From NCBI GenBank assembly GCA_963669175.1, contig OY769902.1, forward strand, positions 1,408,001-1,472,000: 64,000 nucleotides of DNA, read 5' to 3'. Source of the DNA: a bacterium (lineage in GTDB: Bacteria > Electryoneota > Electryoneia > Electryoneales > Electryoneaceae). Position 1 is the first letter of the stretch. Each line of letters starts with the position of its first letter. Below the pieces are notes generated by a model. The model made no database searches. It was not told where the DNA came from and was given only the letters and a program-made list of their open reading frames with translations. Below, piece by piece: positions 49,061-60,000 of this stretch. The position numbers and the translations under genes were made by a program.

Positions 49061-50512
49061 CTAGCGCCTGATCATTTCATAAGCTGCCAGCGCACGTTCG
49101 CGGGCGTCATTATGATCAATAATCGGTTCAGGGTAGTCTTTTCCAAGCTTTAGATGAGCGCGTTCCAGGACCAATGCCGATGCAGTCCAGGGCGCGAAGA
49201 ACGCTTTTTTCGGCAGACGGTTCAGTTCGGGGCACCACTTCACGATGTAAACACCATCCGGATCGAATCGTTCTGCCTGTCGTGTCGGATTAAAGATTCG
49301 CCAGTAAGGTGCGGCATCGGCGCCACTGCCAGCAGCCCATTGCCAGTTCAGGGAATTGCTGGCAAGATCGGCATCAATGAGCGTTTCCCAGAAATACTTC
49401 GCACCTTCTTGCCAGGGGATCAGCAGATGTTTGGTCAGGAATGAGGCGACTACCATTCGCACACGGTTGTGCATCCAGCCTGTCGAGTTCAACTGGCGCA
49501 TGCCCGCATCAACCAGGGGATAGCCCGTTTGTCCCCTTTTCCACGCCTGGAGTTCCTTCTCATAATTGGATACCCAGGGGAAATCGGCATACTTCGGATT
49601 GAGTGGTTCTGTATCGGTATGTGGGAAATGATACAGCAAATGATACCCGAATTCTCGCCAGATAAGTTCACGGTAAAACCCGGCTGCTGCTTCGGGCAGG
49701 TCTGCCGGATGGGCACAGTTGAATTTCTCCATCAGGGCCTGTTGAATCATACGAAGGCTGATCTCGCCGTTGGCAAGATAAGACGAAAACCTTGATGTCA
49801 GATCAAGGTCCGGACGGTCACGTAATTCCGGGTATTCCTCGATTGCCTCATCCAGAAAGCCGCCCACTCTTTTCAGCGCATTCTTCTCACCCGGTTCCCA
49901 GAACGCATCCCAGTGATGTCCATCTGGAGGGGTGGCCGGCAGGTCTTCGAAATCATCCAGGGATAAGCTTTGAGGCCATGTCTCAGGCGTGGCCAGGTTC
50001 ACCGTTGCCGGTATGGGCGGAACCGGTTCCAACCGTTCAAGAACAGCATTGTAGAACGGTGTGAAGACTTTGAACGGGCTGCCGTCTTTTTTCGTACCCA
50101 TGTTCCACGGCTCAAACAGCAGGGTAGCGCCGTATTCACTACATGTGATTCCCCGGTCTTCCAGCGACTCTTTCAGATCCTGGTCCGCTTCTCTACCTGA
50201 AGGATCATACCTGCGGTTCAGGAACACCTGCCTGGCATCATGGTCATGGCACACATGCTCAAGCACTGTAGCCGGATCGCCTTTGAAGAGCAGCAGTTTC
50301 GATCCGGCTTTCCGGAGTTGGTCTTGTAATGAAAGCAGGGACTTGCGAAGCCACCAGCGCCGGGCCGTTCCCAACGGCCAGTCATCTCCAAAAGGATGCC
50401 AAATAAAAACCGGCAGCGCCGGCTGCCCGGTCTGGGCAGCCGCATGCAATGCCGGATTATCGATCAAACGTAAATCCTGCCGAAACAGGACGACTACGGG
50501 CGTGTCAGACAT
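49061..50512 (-). CDS. phrB: Deoxyribodipyrimidine photolyase
   Basis: FRQDLRLIDNPAL, FKVFTPFY, ELIWREF, GQTGYPLVDAGMRQL..TGWMHNRVRM, RIFNP motifs. Confidence 0.94.
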   Translation of the reverse strand: MSDTPVVVLFRQDLRLIDNPALHAAAQTGQPALPVFIWHPFGDDWPLGTARRWWLRKSLLSLQDQLRKAGSKLLLFKGDPATVLEHVCHDHDARQVFLNRRYDPSGREADQDLKESLEDRGITCSEYGATLLFEPWNMGTKKDGSPFKVFTPFYNAVLERLEPVPPIPATVNLATPETWPQSLSLDDFEDLPATPPDGHHWDAFWEPGEKNALKRVGGFLDEAIEEYPELRDRPDLDLTSRFSSYLANGEISLRMIQQALMEKFNCAHPADLPEAAAGFYRELIWREFGYHLLYHFPHTDTEPLNPKYADFPWVSNYEKELQAWKRGQTGYPLVDAGMRQLNSTGWMHNRVRMVVASFLTKHLLIPWQEGAKYFWETLIDADLASNSLNWQWAAGSGADAAPYWRIFNPTRQAERFDPDGVYIVKWCPELNRLPKKAFFAPWTASALVLERAHLKLGKDYPEPIIDHNDARERALAAYEMIRR

Positions 50513-50522
50513 GCCCCCTCCG

Positions 50523-51806
50523 TTAATAGGGCAGGGGGTTCCTTCCAATGATGTTAAAGCGGTTCGGTTCTACTCGAATTTTGATTTCTTCGCCCGAACC
50601 CACCTGCAGGGAACCCTCATACCAGACTTCAAAACCTTCGATCTTCAATATATAGGTGCCCGGCATCAGGTCAAAAACAGTTGCCTGTCCCAATTCATCA
50701 ATATCGGGGATGCCGATCTCGGCTTTCTGTTTGCCGTCCAGATATATTTCACACATGCCTTCTTCCGACATAAACACGACCTTTGAAGGTCGGCTCGGCG
50801 GCGGCGGCGGTTCTTCCATGGTCAGCGTGCTGGAATTCTGCTCCTGATATGTGCTGGTGGAAGTTTCCGTGACGCTGACTCCCATGCCGGGAAGAGTGAC
50901 ACTCTGTCCGGCAAACTGCATGGTGACTTCTGGTGTGCTGTGCTCGATTTGCGTAGTCTGGGTAGTTGTTGTCTGTGCGCCACCGGCGTTCTGTGTCTGT
51001 GTTGGCGTTGACGGACGGGACTGAGTGGCCTGCTGTTGCATACCGGGGATCGGTACGGTTTCGATGATTTGCAGGCCGTCATCCCGATACGTTGCCCGCA
51101 CGATATAACCGCCGGGGATGTTGATATTCTCTTCGGCAACCACTTCAGAGCTGAACATACCCTTGATCTTGTGGATCTGGAGCAGGTGCTTGCCGTGGCC
51201 AACCTCACGGATGGCTTTCATGTCGTTTGAGGCTTCCAGAACCTCGCCGTCCAGCATGGCAGTGTAAGACATTCCGGAATAGATGTATTCCAGCCTGCCG
51301 GGAAGGTTCGGATTGCCGCTGATGCTGGGGCCGGAATTCTCCGCGGTGCCTGCCAGAAGTTTCGCCATCTCGGCAATCTGGGTCATCATCACTTCTTCGA
51401 TAGTACACTGACAGTCCTTGCTCTCGGCAATCATCAGTTCTGCGGTTTCCACGCTGAACATGCGGACAGTCAGGGTGTAAATGCTGCCGATCTTGCTGAT
51501 CGAGCCGGCAACGATCATGTTCACATTCAGCATGCGTCCGGCTTTAACCATGTCATCCTGGCTGGTAATACCGACCATGCCAAGGCCCTGTTCGGACAGA
51601 ATGGCGTCCATTCGGGCGCGTTCGACGACATTGAACTCACCTGTACGGAATAATTCCTGGCGCAAACGATCCGACAAAGCGCCCGCGATATCCTGTTCCA
51701 GGCCATATTTTGCTTCAAGGTCGAGTACTGCTACGGTCGGCTGCTGTGCCAGAACAGGCATGGCAACAAGCAGGAATGTTATCAGTGCCAGCAGTGCTTT
51801 GGACAT
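50523..51806 (-). CDS. CsgG/HfaB-like domain protein with PEGA-like C-terminal domains
   Basis: Signal peptide; TVAVLDL, FNVVERARMDAILSEQ, GRMLNV..IVAGSI motifs; Q/T/P-rich linker; start could be 51851. Confidence 0.75.
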   Translation of the reverse strand: MSKALLALITFLLVAMPVLAQQPTVAVLDLEAKYGLEQDIAGALSDRLRQELFRTGEFNVVERARMDAILSEQGLGMVGITSQDDMVKAGRMLNVNMIVAGSISKIGSIYTLTVRMFSVETAELMIAESKDCQCTIEEVMMTQIAEMAKLLAGTAENSGPSISGNPNLPGRLEYIYSGMSYTAMLDGEVLEASNDMKAIREVGHGKHLLQIHKIKGMFSSEVVAEENINIPGGYIVRATYRDDGLQIIETVPIPGMQQQATQSRPSTPTQTQNAGGAQTTTTQTTQIEHSTPEVTMQFAGQSVTLPGMGVSVTETSTSTYQEQNSSTLTMEEPPPPPSRPSKVVFMSEEGMCEIYLDGKQKAEIGIPDIDELGQATVFDLMPGTYILKIEGFEVWYEGSLQVGSGEEIKIRVEPNRFNIIGRNPLPY

Positions 51807-52096
51807 ACCACTCCCGGAGTTGCGAAAACGTGAGATCATGTTCTCCCCCATCCTGTAATCTCCTCACTAAAAAAACGTCCACCCAATCAGGTCACAAAGA
51901 TACATCTTCAGGTCAAGAAATAGAAGAGATAGAGGTCACATGTTTTTGTTTTATTCATGCTTACTCATTGTATGGGAGACAGCCTGTTTGTTGTAAAACT
52001 CTGATTATATAGCGATTCCCATTATTATTCCGTCATGTGGTCATGTGCCAGATCAGTGAAAGGTCAACCATATGGTTGGAATAAAGGATAAGGATA

Positions 52097-52331
52097 TGGA
52101 AAAAGGGGACAGTTTCCTTTCCCTTGGGCAAAGCCTTCCCGCTGTGAGCAAGGACTGGGAAAGGTGGCTGTACCCTTTTTCTTGAGAGCAGGCAGGACGT
52201 ACACGGAAAAGGGTACAGTTTCCTTTTCCACAAGTTCGGCGAGAGTGTTTCATATGCGCGCGAGGAAAAGGATCCCGTCCCCTTTTCCCGGCAATCTTTA
52301 TTATGTCGGAATAAAATCGAGAACAGCAATA
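52097..52331 (-). repeat. Repeat family C, copy 2 (inverted relative to copy 1)
   Basis: Reverse complement reads ..GGAAAAGGGGACGGGATCCTTTTCCTCGC..TGTGGAAAAGGAAACTGTACCCTTTTCC.., as at 47313-47396. Confidence 0.8.
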
Positions 52332-52415
52332 GATCATTTGAGTACATCTATAGGTTCATCCTGCCGGGTGAATGCCACTATATTAGGGTACAACTTCGAA
52401 ACCTGAAGAGGAAAC

Positions 52416-53051
52416 ATGATATCCCGTTTAACTGTCGTCAGCGTGATAATCCTTTTTATTTCCGTCAGCGCGTATGCAGAGCCACGAACATTGCTTGGCG
52501 GTGACACACAAATCGAAAGTGGTGGGTATGGAGCGCCGGTAGTGATGTTCTCCATGTTCAATGAAGAGTTCGCGGTTATGATTGGCGCTGAAGGCGGGTG
52601 GATCATCAATCACCAGTTTGTTATCGGCGGTGGCGGGTATGGCTTGACAACCCTGCATGAGATCAGGCAGGAAACAGTTGATCAGAACGGCCAATCGGCA
52701 ACAGAAAAATACATCATCGATTTCGGATATGGTGGAATGTTGCTGTCCTATATCTACAGGCCGAATGATCTGGTCCATATTTATATTTCCGGAATGATTG
52801 CCGGTGGTGGTGTGAGTATCAGTCAGCAGCAACCGTCCGAGCTGGATGTGAGTACACTTCACAACGACCCCGTCTTCGTGCTTGATCCGAAAGTTCATTT
52901 CGAGCTGAATGTGACCCGGTGGTTTCGTGTTGGGGTCGGGGTCGGCTATCGTTGGGTAGGCGGATACAAAGAATACGAAGAAATAGAATTCAAGTCAGGC
53001 GAGTTGAAAAGCTGGCAATCAGCTATTACGCTGAAATTCGGTAGTTTCTAA
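52416..53051 (+). CDS. Small outer-membrane beta-barrel protein
   Basis: Signal peptide; Gly/aromatic amphipathic strands; ends ITLKFGSF. Confidence 0.8.
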   Translation: MISRLTVVSVIILFISVSAYAEPRTLLGGDTQIESGGYGAPVVMFSMFNEEFAVMIGAEGGWIINHQFVIGGGGYGLTTLHEIRQETVDQNGQSATEKYIIDFGYGGMLLSYIYRPNDLVHIYISGMIAGGGVSISQQQPSELDVSTLHNDPVFVLDPKVHFELNVTRWFRVGVGVGYRWVGGYKEYEEIEFKSGELKSWQSAITLKFGSF

Positions 53052-53111
53052 TTGAAGTTGGAAAGTTGAAAAGTTTGAAAGTTCTAAAGTAATTGTTATT
53101 GAAGGCTGATC

Positions 53112-54251
53112 ATGCTGCGAAAGTTACCTATTCATTTTGATCGTGAAAAGCTGGTTCTGGATTTTCAGGAACGCGTGCATACTACGCTGGTGAAAACCAT
53201 TTCCAGCGGTATCCATGCCGATAATGCGGAAGACCGTCTCAGAAAACTCCGCGAAATCTACGTGGGCATGCCGCCGGAGCAACTGGCGCAACTCCTGATC
53301 CGTACTGCACAACGGAAAACTCAGATCAGTGGAGGCATTTCCGGGACAACCACGACCGGTAGCGATATGCTCTTTTTCGCGCCTGATCCGACCCTGTTGA
53401 CAAAGGCGTTTGGCCTGGGCGGGATGGCGGCATCGGTAAGCGGCGACCTGATCAATGTTTCACGTATCCAGATGCAGCTCATCTACGATATCGCCATGCT
53501 GTACGGTGTGCCTTATGACCCGGACGATGAAGAGGACATCTGGGCGATCTTCATGGCGGCGTTTGGATCGAAAGGTCTGGAGAAGGCCAGCCTCTATACC
53601 CATCGTGTGTTTGCTGAGTTTGCACGGCGTCAGCTTGGCAACCTGATGAAAAGCGGGATGAAGCAGACGGTACAGGTGTGGGCACGCAAAGTCCTGGGAC
53701 GCACCCTGGCGAAGCTTCTCGCTGAACGCTATGTCATGCGCTTGATTCCAGTAGCAAACATCGCTATCGGCGCTGTAGGAAACGGCCTGGTGACAAAGCA
53801 GGTGGGGAAATGGGCGGTGGTGCGTGCACGTATCCGTTCGGCCACGTTCAAACATATGGATGTGCTGCTGAAAAGCGGACGCGAACATGTGGAATTGATT
53901 CCGGCCGTGATCTTCCTCGCCGGGACCGCTGACGATACGCTGACGGTGAATGCGGCGGGTTTGTATCGTCAAAGTCTGAAGCGGCTGGGGTTGACTGATG
54001 GTGAAAAGGAAAATGTGCAACGTCTTCTGAACGAGTTTGACGTGGAGCAGGCGGTGATCGAACAGCTTGAAGAAATAAAAGACCCTGATGTCCGAAAACA
54101 TCTCTTTGGTCTGGCGCTGGTGACCAATGCGGCGGCAACCCTGAAGGCGAAAGCGGAAGATCATACGACGCTGACACGTATCGCCGCGGCGTTGCGACAG
54201 CCTTATCGTCCCCCTCATCTGCAGGAAAAAATCAGGGAATTGAAGAAATAG
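53112..54251 (+). CDS. EcsC-like protein with a helical (possibly TerB-like) C-terminal domain
   Basis: GDL....RIQMQLIYDIAMLYG, RLIPV..IAIGA.GN...TK.VG motifs. Confidence 0.65.
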   Translation: MLRKLPIHFDREKLVLDFQERVHTTLVKTISSGIHADNAEDRLRKLREIYVGMPPEQLAQLLIRTAQRKTQISGGISGTTTTGSDMLFFAPDPTLLTKAFGLGGMAASVSGDLINVSRIQMQLIYDIAMLYGVPYDPDDEEDIWAIFMAAFGSKGLEKASLYTHRVFAEFARRQLGNLMKSGMKQTVQVWARKVLGRTLAKLLAERYVMRLIPVANIAIGAVGNGLVTKQVGKWAVVRARIRSATFKHMDVLLKSGREHVELIPAVIFLAGTADDTLTVNAAGLYRQSLKRLGLTDGEKENVQRLLNEFDVEQAVIEQLEEIKDPDVRKHLFGLALVTNAAATLKAKAEDHTTLTRIAAALRQPYRPPHLQEKIRELKK

Positions 54252-54333
54252 GAAGTCAGTAGCCCGGCCATGCTTGGCCGGGGAAGGCCCGGTGCTCTCA
54301 TCCCAGCCTTCCAGGCTGTCGCAAAATAGGCAT

Positions 54334-54489
54334 ACTCTCATCCCAGCGAAGGCTGGGATCCAGTCATATTGCGATATTACAAGAGGTTAAGTATTCTCAA
54401 GAAACGCTGTACATTGAGAGTCGTCATAAAGTCCACCTTGTTATTATGTCGGTACATGCCTGGATCCCAGCCTTCGCTGGGATGAGAGT
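54334..54489. repeat. REP-like inverted doublet
   Basis: ACTCTCATCCCAGCGAAGGCTGGGATCCAG (54334-54363) and its exact reverse complement (54460-54489). Confidence 0.85.
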
Positions 54490-54746
54490 GTTTTCTATTC
54501 TGATAGAGTCTGCTTCGCTGGGATGAGAGTGTTTTCTATTCTGATAGAGTCTGCTTCGCTGGGATGAGAGTGTTTTCTATTCTGATAGAGTCTGCTTCGC
54601 TGGGATGAGAGTGTTTTCTATTCTGATAGAGTCTGCTTCGCTGGGATGAGAGTGTTTTCTATTCTGATAGAGTCTGCTTCGCTGGGATGAGAGTATTCTC
54701 TATTCTGATAGAGTCTGCTTCGCTGGGATGAGAGTGTTTTCTATTC
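54472..54746 (+). repeat. Tandem array of a 41-bp unit, 6 full copies plus a partial
   Basis: CTTCGCTGGGATGAGAGTGTTTTCTATTCTGATAGAGTCTG at 54472, 54513, 54554, 54595, 54636, 54677 (2 substitutions), 54718 (partial). Confidence 0.95.
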
Positions 54747-54911
54747 GAGGACTGGCACTACACTGGTGATGACAGAATGGGACATTTTTTTCGAAATTCA
54801 CTCTATAAGTGGATAAATATCAAGCGTGTCACTAATAATCTTCTGTATATCCCGCTAAATCAACACATTAAAATCAAGCCGTTATCCTGTTCATCTTTGC
54901 TGTTATCCTCT

Positions 54912-56243
54912 TCATCCTGTAAATCCCTTGAGCAGATCCCGGAGGAATGCGGCGGTTTTGATTCCGCGCTGGTCCCAGAGCAGATCTTTCGCACGCTCAT
55001 GCGCGGCCTTCGCCATTTCAAGCTGAGTCTCATCCGAAGAGGTAACTTTTGTCAGCGCTTCTGTCAGGGCAGCGACATCTCCCGGCGGCATATACAAGGC
55101 TGCGTCTCCTGCCAGTTCGCGTACTGCCAGCAAGTCGCTGGTGATCACCGGGACAGCATGGGCGAGGTAATCGAAGAGTTTGGAGGGCGCTGTCAGGTAG
55201 CGATTATAGAACGTATCCCGCAAGGGCAGTACCGCGATGGACGCACTGTTCAACTTCTCACGCATGGCTGTATCATTCAACCAGCCGGTAATCTCGACAC
55301 GATCTCCCAGCCCAGCCGTTTCCGCCTTGCTACGAACCCCATTGATCTCAGCGTCATCACGTCCCCCGATGAACAGCAGCCGCCAGTCATCCGTCAGCTT
55401 CGCATTGTGAAACGCTTCAATCAGCAGGTCCACACCTTTCTGGCCCTGAAGGCTGCCCAGGTAGGCGATGGTTTTACGAGCAGGGCGTTGCGGATCGGGA
55501 TCACGCGCTCGGTCCAGACCGGGGTGCGCCGCAAGAATCGCCTTGCCCGGCAGGTATTCACGGTATAACGCTGCCTGCACCTCCAGCAACGGAAGATGAC
55601 CGTCGATCTTTGGCAGGCAACGCTGCTCCATCTTCTGGTATCGTTTCAAGCGCTTGCTGTTCGGGTCAATATCCTCACGCCGGGACAGGTCCATGTAAAA
55701 ATTGTGGCTGTCATGAATTGACAGCAGGTGAAGCGGTCCCTGCTTCGCATGGGTGGCGATGCTGCGCCATTTGACGAGGAAAGGCAGGGCACGAGTGTCG
55801 CGGCTCATGACCACATTGACGCCATGGGAGCGTACCAACCGTTTCAACAACCAGCCGGCGCGAGTGAAGAACACAGCACGATCCGAAGCGGGCTTCCAGT
55901 GCGGCATGGGGATGACATGGATGTGCAGGTTTTCCGGGGGGGTGATGCCATATTCCTGTTCCAGTACCGCGCGACCGTCCCCGTTGCGCCCGTCAAACCC
56001 ACGATCCGCCGATTGCACGATATAATGAACCGTAACACCCGCGTTGGCAATGGCCGTCATGAAACGTGCCCCGAACGGCCCGGCCGGAATCGCAGAGGGC
56101 CAACGGATGAAATTGACATACGCCAGCACCGGGTCGACCTGTCCCCCGGACGGTTTCGTTTCCACCTGGGGGCGAGTCAGCTCAATCGATTGAGCCTGCA
56201 TCGCGCTGCAATCACGGCAGTAGGGAGTGTTGGATGAAGCCAT
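54912..56243 (-). CDS. Glycosyltransferase family 4 (GT-B)
   Basis: YLGSL..QKGVDLLIEAF, PSKLFDYLA.AVPVITSD, PGDVAAL motifs. Confidence 0.9.
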   Translation of the reverse strand: MASSNTPYCRDCSAMQAQSIELTRPQVETKPSGGQVDPVLAYVNFIRWPSAIPAGPFGARFMTAIANAGVTVHYIVQSADRGFDGRNGDGRAVLEQEYGITPPENLHIHVIPMPHWKPASDRAVFFTRAGWLLKRLVRSHGVNVVMSRDTRALPFLVKWRSIATHAKQGPLHLLSIHDSHNFYMDLSRREDIDPNSKRLKRYQKMEQRCLPKIDGHLPLLEVQAALYREYLPGKAILAAHPGLDRARDPDPQRPARKTIAYLGSLQGQKGVDLLIEAFHNAKLTDDWRLLFIGGRDDAEINGVRSKAETAGLGDRVEITGWLNDTAMREKLNSASIAVLPLRDTFYNRYLTAPSKLFDYLAHAVPVITSDLLAVRELAGDAALYMPPGDVAALTEALTKVTSSDETQLEMAKAAHERAKDLLWDQRGIKTAAFLRDLLKGFTG

Positions 56244-56362
56244 AGATAAAAGCGACCTGTTGCGTTATCGCTAAATTCGCAAGATAATAATTATAACTGC
56301 GAGGATTATACTCCTATTCTACTTGAATCTTTCCTGTCATGCGAAACTGAAGGAGTTGCCAC

Positions 56363-56888
56363 GAAAAGGGGACGGAATCCTTTTCCGCGTGTCATGCTTC
56401 ATTCGTATATGCTGCTTTTTCGGAAAAGGAAGCTGTACCCTTTTCGCAGTGATCAGGCCTGATATCATTTGTTCTTCCTGATCCCGACTTGCTCCTCAAG
56501 TGTATCACAGAAGCAGGATTGGCTCTCATCGTCTGCGTATCCAAAGTATCTACTAACTCAGATGGTGAGTCGGGCCATACGGGCGAGAGCCTGTTAGAGT
56601 TTTGATGGCAGAAAATGCAAAATCTCACTGGCAAAGGGGGACAGTCACCTTTTCGATTTCCTGCATTACATATTATCCCACACCAGCGCGACGAAAAGGA
56701 AACAGTCCCCCTTTACTGCAAATCATTCTGAACGCTCCCTATTCTCTTAATCCTCGAGATCCCCGTTCAAGCCGGGGATGACATTGTAAAGCCGGGGATG
56801 ACATTGTAAAGCCGGGGATGACATTGTAAAGCCGGGGATGACATTGCAAAGCCGGGGATGACATTGTGAGGAAACAGTCCCCCTTTAC
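56363..56888. repeat. Cluster of family C palindromes
   Basis: Units at about 56363, 56422, 56632, 56693 and a partial unit at 56869. Confidence 0.75.
56769..56868 (+). repeat. Tandem array of a 20-bp unit, 5 copies
   Basis: AAGCCGGGGATGACATTGTA x5 (T>C in copy 4; copy 5 ends in G), preceded by the hairpin arm GATCCCCG. Confidence 0.95.
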
Positions 56889-57033
56889 GGTTGTATTCTC
56901 ACTTTATTGATACAGCCAATCCTTCCAGGAGAAAAATGATCTGGAGAGTACCGGAAACTTGTATCGAAGCCACTTTTCAGTGCATATTACAAGAGGCCAC
57001 CAATAACACCCCGCAATACCGACAGGTACTCCT

Positions 57034-60000
57034 ATGATACGGATCTCTGTGTGCCTTCTCTTGAGCATGCTGGTAATGCTGGTGTGCGCTTTCCCTGTCT
57101 ATTCCGAAACCGTTGTTGAAGGTGTCGCTTCCGGTGTCTGGGAGCCTTCCGGTAATCCGTATATCCTCAGCAGTTATACAGTCGTTGTACCACTCGATTC
57201 TACCCTGGATATCATGCCGGGTACGGAAATTCAATTTGGTGACTGTGAGTATTTCCGTGTGCTGGGTGTGATTTCCGCAACAGGTTCAGAGGAGTTCCCG
57301 GTTCAATGGGAAACCGGTACTGGTTACAATTGTTCCATCGGCCTGGCGTCTGAACCGGAAGATACAAATCGTTTTGCCAGGGTTCACTTCAGCGGGGATA
57401 GGGATTATCTAAGAATAAGTTCTACCGATGGTTGTACAATCTGGGATTCCTGCCAGTTCAATTTGAATCACAAGAACCTGATACTAAATGTTCAGAGTGA
57501 TTGGATCATGGATAACAACCTGTGGTTCAATACAGCAATTACACTGGAAATGTCCTCCGGGATTCTGCGGTTTACTAACGACAGGATGGAGGGAGAGGGG
57601 AGTGTGGTTGCCTATGTAAGTGCTGATAATATTCTTATTCAGAACAGTAGTTTCATGAATTCTGAATTGTATTTGGACGCTACATATCTGGAACTGGATA
57701 ACAATGAATTGGGGGTTTGTCTAGTGGAAGGAGGAGCTTATGTCACAGTCAATGACAATGATCTTGAGATGCTGCAGATAGAAAGTTCAAATCATGTAAC
57801 TGTATCGGAAAATCATTTCCGGAAGAATATGAACTATGGCTATAATGGTTATCAGTTCCTCTGTGAGGCCGGGCAGGCCAGCATCTCCGGTAACCGCAAC
57901 ATAAACGATGCATGTTTCATCGAAATGTTTGTGGATTCAGAGATTGAGTACAACGAGTTTACTGCCAATGTCACCCTGTCAGATTGCCAGGCAAACTTTC
58001 ATAACAACACGCTTGTATTGCTGCATGAAAACTATACCCAACAAGACAGAGCAATCCTGACTTGTCGTGACGGAAGCCGTGCCACCATCGATAACAACAT
58101 CTTTGTCGGCGTTTCCGAGCTGCTCACTCCCTGCGCCATCGAAGTCATGGAGCAATCAGACGTAAACATCAGGAATAATTGTTTTCACCGTGTCGGTGAA
58201 CCGGTAACGGGCGATCAAGCCCATGATACGATCTTAGCTGATCCCTGTTTTGTGAATGAGGAGGCGGGGGATTACCACCTGCAGGCTCATTCGCCGTGTA
58301 TTGACGCCGGAGCCGCAGGGTACTGGGATGAGGACGCCAGTGTTGCTGATGTAGGCGCTTTTCCGTTTGACAACAGGGAAGCTCATCCACCGACTTTGGC
58401 CACAGCACGCCAGGTGCAGGCGGTGAAGGGTGAAATGGTACGGTTTACAGTGTGCGCGTCGGATGACGGCGAAACTCTCGATATCTCCTTCTCAGGTTTG
58501 CCCTGCTGGCTTTCTCCGGGTTTCGCAAGGTCCGAACTGGATGCAGTACTCGACTCGGTGATGCTGGAAGGTGTGGTCCCGACGAATGCGACCGATAGCT
58601 GGGTAGTGGTGACTATGCTTTCCGGTAACAATGAAACGAGTGTCGATTCCCTGCTTGTCCATGTCTACGAACAACGCCTGTCCGGCGAGCTATCCGGGAC
58701 TATTTCAGCTTCAGAAGCGCCCTACCTGATGGATGGAGATACATGGATAGCCGAGAATGGCAATGCTCTCTTTGAACCGGGCGTCGTGGTAGAGGTATTA
58801 GAAGATCTCAACGATCCATTGGGCATTGATATCTATGGAGATGTTGAGTTGCAGGGCATTGAGGCGGATAGTATTGTTTTCCGGAGTGCAGCATTGTTCC
58901 CGGGACGTCATGCCTGGCGAGGAATTACGCTAAGGGAAGATCCCGCTGAAATCGCTTTCCGGTATGTTGTCATTGAAGATGCAGATACTGCGTTGTCTGT
59001 GATAACCTCGCAGCGGATCAGTTTGCACGACAGCCGTTTTTCTCATTGCAGGCAGGCAGTGACAATCTGTTCGAGCGACACAAGCTATATCAGCAGAAGC
59101 GAGTTTTTCGACAATAAGAATGGGGTGATCTTCACGGAAGACAATTATCATCGCACTGCCCTAGGCTATCTGGACAGCCTGTTATTTCGTGATACCAGAA
59201 GGATTGCGGTTGATATGCCACCAGGCAGACTGTCGGACAGCCGGATTGAAGGGGGATATGGCGGTATTTGTCGGTTTCGGTCAACATCGGGCGGAGGAGA
59301 ATATCAAATTCTTAACAATTATATATCAGATTGCTATTATGGATTTCAGGACTGGTATTCAAGTACATCGATGTTTATGTTCAAAAACAATATCTTCGTA
59401 AATTGTTGCTATATAGATCTTAATGGATCTTCAGTAACCTATTATTACCTGTATAATAATACATTTTACGCACCCGAAGTGCCTCGATATTCGTATATAT
59501 CCGGTTCTTTTACGAATTCTTATTTGGTGAATAATATTCTCTATTGCACCTATCCTGCTGATCATGAGGGTAATCATACTGAGTATTCCCGTGATTATAA
59601 TCTTATCAATATGGACAATTATGCTATGTATGGAGTTGGCAACATCCATGCTGATCCCCTTTTCCATAACGCGGCGGAGGGTGATTTTCACCTGATGGAA
59701 GGCTCGCCGTGTATTGATGCTGGTGATCCTACGTTTCCGTATGATCCTGACGGCACTCGTGCGGACATCGGCGCGATTCCCTACGATCCGGACTGGGTAC
59801 AAGTGGAAGACTTACGGCCGTTGCCAACCGAAGATGATGTCTGCCCGTTGTATCCCAATCCGTTTAACGGCACCACCACCTTGAAGATCAACCTTTCCGA
59901 CATGGCGGATGTGCAGGTGCATGTGTTCAACATTCTTGGGCAGAGGGTTGGACGTTACCAGTGGGAGAGCCTGTGCGGCGGCGAACATCGTCTGCACCTG

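Noticed and set aside
53053-53090. Short degenerate (TGAAAGTT)-like tandem repeat
   Set aside because: Only about four imperfect copies; no supportable function.
54472-54746. CRISPR array
   Set aside because: Units are essentially identical with no unique spacers, and no cas genes are in the window.
56769-56868. CRISPR array
   Set aside because: Head-to-tail 20-bp repeat without spacers.
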